Shown here: positions 58,289 through 64,000 of the stretch, in pieces
Numbering within the stretch: the stretch's first letter is position 1
Layout of the letters: each line of letters starts with the position of its first letter
From: a plasmid
DNA length: 64,000 nt
Direction: 5' to 3' (one strand)
Sequence record: NZ_CP118990.1
The notes under the pieces: model-generated
What the model was told of the DNA's origin: nothing
The model's input: only the letters and a program-made list of their open reading frames with translations
Database searches by the model: none
Position numbers and translations under genes: made by a program

Positions 58289-58412
58289 CCCCCTGCTTTC
58301 CCAGAGGCATAAAATTTCACATGTGAAAATTTTTTGTGTCTCTCGGAAAGCAAGATTTTGCTCTCTGTCGAGAGTGAAACGTGAGATAGCTGGTCTCCCA
58401 AAACAAGCAGCA
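58280..58412 (+). promoter_or_regulatory. R5: terminator hairpin plus palindrome (core TTTCACATGTGAAA at 58316-58329) plus promoter-like module core
   Basis: GGGGGTAACCCCCTGCTTTCC hairpin, then AAAATTTCACATGTGAAAAT, then ...GAGATAGCTGGTCTCCCAAAACAAGCAGCAT. A paralog of R4. Confidence 0.6.
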
Positions 58413-58517
58413 TATAGCCTATCCTGACCGGCATCTCCGGTCAGACCATCAAAAACCCATTGGGACGTACACTCCCTTTCGGGTCGTGCGTCCTTCTTTA
58501 CCCCTAAGGAGTACGCC

Positions 58518-58847
58518 ATGAATGTAAATATCAAAACCCTGGTTCTTGAGGCGATCAAAGAAACACTTCGCGTGGCTCAACGCCAAACTCAGAAGCAGCG
58601 GCCAATCGACAACCTCGATGCCGAGTCTATTTGCCACCGCTTCCTCACTGAAAAGGAGGATGCGCTCACCCATGGTACCGATAGCTATGGCTACTGGTTG
58701 ACCGCCTTCATCGAAAGCGATGCTGGTCTGGATGAGGCTGTCGAACTTGATGAAGTAGTTGCCAAGTTGAAGGATGGATTCACTTCCGGCTTCGGCTCTT
58801 GTGAATCAGGGCAGTATTGTTTTGATGTTCACGAGCAGGCTCATTAG
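58518..58847 (+). CDS. hypothetical acidic 109-aa protein
   Basis: Type-A leader plus a TAAGGAG RBS. Confidence 0.45.
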   Translation: MNVNIKTLVLEAIKETLRVAQRQTQKQRPIDNLDAESICHRFLTEKEDALTHGTDSYGYWLTAFIESDAGLDEAVELDEVVAKLKDGFTSGFGSCESGQYCFDVHEQAH

Positions 58848-58917
58848 AAATCCAACCCAATCAGGGCGCATACCCTGCTGGGATACTGCGTCCTATTCTT
58901 GATAGGAGTGCACGACC

Positions 58918-59187
58918 ATGGCATACGCAAGTTTGCTACCAGATCAACGGTTCAATGAGATCTACGACTTGCTGAACCAACGAGTGGCTGCGGCCGCCAA
59001 CGCTGCGTATAACGCGAAGCTGGCGAAAGCGAAAACCCGTAAGCAGCGTGAGTCCTGTGCAGGGCACTACCCAAGCGACTGGTCAGTTCTATTTGGCCTG
59101 TGGTGTCGGGACAAAGTGACGAACTTGCATGTGCTTGACTGCCTGCGATTGGGTCATGTCTACAGCGGCCAGGATCTGGCTAGTTAG
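58918..59187 (+). CDS. hypothetical 89-aa protein
   Basis: Type-A leader plus a TAGGAG RBS. Confidence 0.4.
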   Translation: MAYASLLPDQRFNEIYDLLNQRVAAAANAAYNAKLAKAKTRKQRESCAGHYPSDWSVLFGLWCRDKVTNLHVLDCLRLGHVYSGQDLAS

Positions 59188-59272
59188 ACTGTCCGTAATC
59201 AACTCAATTAACGCCAACCGGCGCATCCGCCCGGTTGGGACGTGATGCGCTCACAATTTACTTGGAGAGCAT

Positions 59273-59579
59273 CATGGAAAAATTACACCTCAAAGACGGG
59301 TACAGCATTTATTTTGCCGATGTCTATTTTGACGACGTGATCTATTCGATGGGTACCGGGCTGGGGTTCACCGACGTGATTTACGGCTATTCATTAGGCC
59401 GCGATCAACAGGAAGCCGAACAGCTGGTGACCGAGAAGTACAATGGAAAAGTTTCTGCAAAGCCCAACGGTGACGAGGTGCGGGTGAAGAAGGTCTATCT
59501 GCGACTCGCTCGCAGTCAGGACATCAACCGCTACACCTTCCCCGAGAACATGGCTGGGTACTCCCACGCCATTCAGTAA
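59273..59579 (+). CDS. hypothetical 102-aa protein
   Basis: Type-A leader plus a TGGAGAG RBS. The ATG 59273 start (MEKLHLK) is preferred over the ORF track start of 59235. Confidence 0.4.
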
Positions 59580-59675
59580 TGCAGATCGCTTTGTACTGAC
59601 AACACACAAACCCAATTGGGGGCCACCACCCCCCGCTTGGGCCGGTAGTGGCCTCTCTTGCTAAAGGAGAAGGCT

Positions 59676-59972
59676 ATGTCCGGAATGAAATACATGAACA
59701 GCTGTGTGAATTGGCCGCAACATGATGTCAGCGCCGAAGGCGGATTGTCAGACATGGTGGATCTGTCCAGAGATGTCTCACGCAGTACCTTTTTGAAGCA
59801 TGTAGACCAGGCAGACCTCCACGAGTTGGAGGCTTGTTTAGGTTACTCACGCTCACCCAGGCAGGGTATGACCATGGCGGACGATTACCACGTCAGCTAC
59901 CACCGGTCGAAACTGCATGGTGACACCGTGTATTACTTGAAGCACTCAGCTATTGAGTACGTTTTCGCGTGA
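59676..59972 (+). CDS. hypothetical 98-aa protein
   Basis: An AAAGGAGAAGG RBS before ATG 59676. The ORF track start of 59658 is rejected. Confidence 0.4.
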   Translation: MSGMKYMNSCVNWPQHDVSAEGGLSDMVDLSRDVSRSTFLKHVDQADLHELEACLGYSRSPRQGMTMADDYHVSYHRSKLHGDTVYYLKHSAIEYVFA

Positions 59973-60055
59973 TACAACAAACACATTAACCCACTCGGGG
60001 CCACACCTCCCGACTGGGGCGGTAGTGGCTCTCCCGACACCAAGGAGATACAAAT

Positions 60056-61680
60056 ATGGCTACTATCGTTAACACCAAATTAGGGGAACATCGGGGCAAA
60101 CCGCGTGTGTGGCTGGAAGGCTACAAGCTGTTGCGTGAAGGCTACTCGCCTGGCACTAAGTTCGATCTGGAGTTGAGAGACTCTCAAATCGTTCTTCGGG
60201 TCAAGGAAGAGGGCAAGTTCACGGTCAGCAAGCGGGAGCGTAATGGCCGTGTCACCCCCATCATCGATTTGAACGCGCAGGAGCTCGCTACCGTCTTTGA
60301 CGGGGTTGAGATGCTCCGGGTGTTCATTCGTCAAGGCGCGATTCTGATCTCTGCTCATCATCAACATGAGCGAGTCGTTGAGCGTGTCAACCGCCTCACC
60401 AGCAAACTGGAGAAGGGAGAGCCTCTTTCGGTATGCAGCCTCTTCCATGGGGGCGGTGTGCTGGATAAAGCGATCCACGCGGGGTTTAAGAGATCGGGTA
60501 TCGCAAGCTCTATCGCGGTTGCTGTCGAGATGGAAGGGTCATATCTTGACTCGTCCCTCGCCAACAACCCTGAGCTGTGGGATGAAAACTCGATAGCTAT
60601 TGAGTCACCCATCCAGGCCGTGAACCTGAGCAGGAATCCCACGCAATGTGAGATCGTGATCGGCGGGATCCCCTGCACTGGAGCTTCTAAGAGTGGTCGT
60701 AGTAAGAACAAACTGGAATATGCCGAATCCCACCAGGATGCCGGAGCACTGTTCTTCAACTTCCTTGAGTTTGTCAAAGCTCTCAATCCAGCAATGGTTC
60801 TGATTGAGAACGTTCCCGAGTACCAGAAAACCGCCAGTATGGAGGTGATCCGGTCTGTGCTCTCCTCGCTAGGATACTTCGTGCAGGAACGCATACTCGA
60901 CGGTAATGAGTTCGGTGTCATTGAATGTCGCAAGCGTCTTTGCGTCGTTGCGCTTTCCCACGGGATTGATGGGTTTGACCTTGAACAGGTTCAGCCAGTC
61001 CGTACCAAAGAAAGCTGCATCAAAGACATTCTTGAGCCTGTCCCACTCGATTCTCAACGTTGGAAGTCATTCGACTATCTGGCGGATAAAGAATTGAGGG
61101 ACAAGCCGCAGGTAAGGGATTCGCACGTCAGCTCCTGACAGGTGATGAAGCTTTCTGCGGCACGGTAGGCAAGGGGTACTCAAAGTGTCGCTCAACCGAG
61201 CCGTTCATTGTTCATCCGGAGCAGAGTGAGCTATCCAGGCTCTTCACCCCAGCCGAACATTGTCGGATCAAGGGGATACCCGAGGAGCTGATTGATGGCC
61301 TGTCGGACACGACTGCTCACGAGATCCTCGGGCAGTCGGTTGCTTATCCTGCGTTCGAGGCCTTGGCCTCATCGCTTGGTAACAGCCTCTGGAGCTGGAG
61401 AGGTATGAAGCCACTCATAGTTGAGCTGGTGGATGATTCTCAGCCGACTATCGGTGGAGGAGACTTCCATTGGGCAACTGCTCTGGTTGACCTGAAAGGT
61501 ACCCTCACGCTATCGCCGACGGCGAAAAAGCTGGGGATGCCTATCCACGTTCGGGACGGCCAACTGGCCGTTTACTCCCGCACTGGTTCGAAGACAAGCC
61601 ACGGCCATGCGCCATGTGAGTATCTCCCGGTCATGCAGTCCGGAGATGCGATCATGGTTCAGTCGTCGCTTGTCCATTAG
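60056..61680 (+). pseudogene. DNA cytosine-5 methyltransferase (Dcm-like) split by a frameshift near 61090-61138
   Basis: Frame A (60056-61138) carries motif I-like LFHGGGVLD, the PC motif GGIPCTGAS and the ENV motif LIENVPE. Frame B (61090-61680) carries motif IX/X-like SRLFTPAEHCRIKGIPEEL and GQSVAYPAFEALA. The two frames overlap by about 48 nt. Confidence 0.6.
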
Positions 61681-61740
61681 CAACTCACCGGGGTAATGCC
61701 GAAAGGCAATTACCCCGGCCTATCCGAAAAGGAGTGAGTC

Positions 61741-62172
61741 ATGAAAATCGAAATGGTTGTGCCCCTACCTGTAGAGGATTCGGGGCTTCAACACAGCATT
61801 GCCAGGTTCCATAATTTTAACATGGACTCAAAGAGGCAAGATAAAGCCAGGTTCTTCCGCAGGGAACCGGTTGTCATCGTAAACCCCGAGACCAAAGCGA
61901 AGGTGTTGCGGTATGCGATGGGTAACCCTGGTGGGCTTTCTATCACCAAGGGAGCGATAGCGTTGGATTACGATGCGGTCGATGCGCTTGGTGTCCGGTT
62001 CAAAGGCGCTGTAGAGCTTGAGGTTCGCAGGGCTAAGCGCTGGGAAGTATGGCAATGGTTCTGGAACCATCGGGATCAGAGCGTTCAGCTGTCAATCAAG
62101 ATGGGCGTAGTCGGTACAGTTCTGGGAGTCCTTGGCTTCCTGACTGGGCTTGCACCGTACCTTCTTGGGTAA
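61741..62172 (+). CDS. hypothetical 143-aa protein with C-terminal TM segment
   Basis: An AAAGGAG RBS before ATG 61741. Confidence 0.45.
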   Translation: MKIEMVVPLPVEDSGLQHSIARFHNFNMDSKRQDKARFFRREPVVIVNPETKAKVLRYAMGNPGGLSITKGAIALDYDAVDALGVRFKGAVELEVRRAKRWEVWQWFWNHRDQSVQLSIKMGVVGTVLGVLGFLTGLAPYLLG

Positions 62173-62245
62173 TTCAAAAAAACCTTATCGGGCAAAGTAG
62201 GCCCGGTACGGGGCTTGCTTTGCTCTCCCTTCAAGGAGAACAGAC

Positions 62246-62644
62246 ATGGCATATCAAGCAACACTCGCGCCTCTTTCTAAAGAAGAGCTGCTGACAATCC
62301 CTTGCTACCGGTACATCAACTTGGAAGTGCAGGAAGCGGATCTCGAACAATGGGATCAGTGGTTCATGCAGTACCGGCGCAAGCCTCATGTCTACAGCAC
62401 CAAGCGCCAGGGATGCAGCACCTTTCGTGCAGAAATCCAGGGTGACTACGTGAATGTTGACTGGCGGGTTTACCGGACCTGGTGTAACACCTTCCATCTT
62501 CGGTACGCACCGTTGCTTAACGAGCTCGGCGTGAAGGTAACAAACCCTCACATCGGTTCGGAAACACAGTTTCTGGTCGCGAAGCTGATGGACAATGGTT
62601 GGCGCCCCAAAGCGCTGGCCGATTGTACTGTCGGAACCAACTAG
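62246..62644 (+). CDS. hypothetical 132-aa protein
   Basis: An AAGGAGAACAGAC RBS before ATG 62246. Confidence 0.45.
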   Translation: MAYQATLAPLSKEELLTIPCYRYINLEVQEADLEQWDQWFMQYRRKPHVYSTKRQGCSTFRAEIQGDYVNVDWRVYRTWCNTFHLRYAPLLNELGVKVTNPHIGSETQFLVAKLMDNGWRPKALADCTVGTN

Positions 62645-62721
62645 CCAGATCTCAATACAAACCCAGAGGGGAACATGCCCCTTTGGGCCATGTTCCCTCC
62701 CCATCATGAAGGAAGAGAACA

Positions 62722-63089
62722 TGGGATTACCCGATTCGTATACCCTGACGGAAACGCTGGATAAGCTGCGTTATGTGCTGACAGAGACCCGCAGAACCGG
62801 CGCCCTTGAGTTGTTGGATAAAGCCGTAAGCAAGTCTCGCGAAGACGACGCTTATGCCAAGCAACTGGAAGTGGCGTTGCTGCGCGGTTCAACGTTGGAG
62901 TGCCGGGAGTTGTTCGCGGTGTTTGGTGATTACATCGCCCCACCAAGAGAGACTTTCCCCCCGTATCCACATATGGATGCAGTCAACGGGATAGACTCTG
63001 GCATGTTGGCGGTGAAACTCGAAGGTCAGACGCCAGGTGCAATGCAAGAGAGCATCGATTTCGTCAAGCTGATGAGAGGTATCGCCTGA
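62722..63089 (+). CDS. hypothetical 122-aa protein
   Basis: The start is ATG 62722 after an attenuator-like leader and a GAAGGAAGAG RBS. The ORF track start of 62595 is rejected. Confidence 0.45.
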
Positions 63090-63120
63090 GCCAATCCGGC
63101 TCAGTCATTTGTCTTAAAGG

Positions 63121-63262
63121 GCAGGGGGAAACCCCTGCTTTCACCACAGTCTACTTACCCATGGCCGCGCCATCGGTAAGCAGATTTTGTTCTCCCTGGA
63201 GAGCGAAAACGTGCGATAGCTGGTCGCCAAAAACAAACAGCAAACTATCAATTTTTTTATTA
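63121..63262 (+). promoter_or_regulatory. R6: terminator hairpin (GCAGGGGGAAACCCCTGCTTTC) plus promoter-like module
   Basis: ...AGCAGATTTTGTTCTCCCTGGAGAGCGAAAACGTGCGATAGCTGGTCGCCAAAAACAAACAGCAAAC. About 90% identical to R2/R3. Confidence 0.6.
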
Positions 63263-63319
63263 ACCCACTGGGGGAACGTGCCCCTGATGGGGCCGTTCCT
63301 TCTCCTACCGGAGAAGAAC

Positions 63320-64000
63320 GATGACTAATTACGTGCAATGCAGTGACCTTCCTGTGGAAGTTCAGCAGATGATGAAATACAAAGCCGCTACCGTCGAAGA
63401 CGCCATTGCCATGCACCGTCAAGGACATGTGACAATCGTGGACAACGGCGTGAGCTGGAGTGTGTATCGGCTGGGAGAATACCTCGGTGTCGTGACTTGG
63501 GAGGGCCATAAAGGAACTCCGAGGAATGTGCCTTGTGTACCCCGCAAGAAATACCAGGACAAAGTGAGCCAGTACCGATTGTTGAGTGTCGAGCTGGTTT
63601 CCGAATCTCAGCTACGGGATGAGGGCATTGAGCTGACCATGGCTCAAATGCTTGAACAGCTTGTTGTGGATGGGCCTCGCTTGGTATTGCCAACATCGGT
63701 CACCTTCGCACCGCATTCCTATCAGGTACTGAAAAAAGCGCTGATAAAGGCAAATGGGAAGTATCAAGGCTCCTCGTTTGGTTTTGATAGTCAAGCAACT
63801 GCAACCGATGTTCTGACCCGGCTTATGCAGGGGGAGGACATCAACATCAAGAAGACCCTCCAGTATTATCCGACCACGGATCCTGCTGGTGATCGTCTTC
63901 TGGATGGTGTGAAGCTCAACGGCAAGGTGGTTTGCGAACCGTCGGCCGGAGAGGGTTACATTGTTCGTCGGGCTCTCGCTGCCGGAGCTAAAGAGGTGTT
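63320..64000 (+). CDS. partial CDS (runs off window): putative SAM-dependent DNA methyltransferase-like protein
   Basis: ATG 63320 after R6, an attenuator-like leader and a GGAGAAGAACG RBS. There is no stop before the window end. VCEPSAGEGYIV near the end resembles amino-MTase motif I (xLEPSAGxG). Confidence 0.4.

Overview
The window splits into a host chromosome on the left and a conjugative element on the right, joined by an IS. GC content is about 60% throughout; the Aeromonas-like host assignment is only an inference. Coordinates 1-4430 hold a polar amino-acid ABC transporter. From the window start it has a hisP-like C-terminal fragment, a periplasmic basic amino acid-binding protein, hisQ-like and hisM-like permeases. 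An IS4-superfamily (IS1634-like) element sits between the binding-protein gene and hisQ. Coordinates 4486-25404 carry a complete group-2-type (Kps) capsule locus on the minus strand. The export genes kpsS-kpsC and kpsD-kpsM-kpsT-kpsE flank an AT-rich region 2 (about 7.9-20 kb). Region 2 has unusual content: a nucleotidyltransferase, a ChoK/APH-like kinase, a HAD phosphatase, a 1121-aa and a 1293-aa multidomain protein, a Stealth phosphotransferase and galU. An ISAs1-family (H-repeat) IS at about 25823-27026 separates the capsule locus from a 1635-aa Ig-like surface protein whose 5' end it disrupts. From about 32.1 kb to the window end is an MPF-F conjugative element of SXT/R391-IncA/C type. 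It carries dsbC-like, traC, trhF, traW, an EAL-like gene, traU and traN, followed by a variable region. Next come a cobS-like AAA ATPase, a lambda Bet homolog, a lambda-Exo/YqaJ-like gene and a cobT-like VWA gene. A roughly 11-kb array of small genes follows, including three DNA methyltransferase-like genes (one split by a frameshift) and a YfaE-like ferredoxin. The most striking non-coding structure is also in the element. A promoter-like module occurs six times in front of gene blocks. About 20 genes carry GC-rich structured leaders of the form AACCC plus hairpins, with compensatory base changes. A 14-bp perfect palindrome recurs three times. A roughly 7-copy, 94-bp, approximately 80%-GC tandem repeat array lies just after traN.
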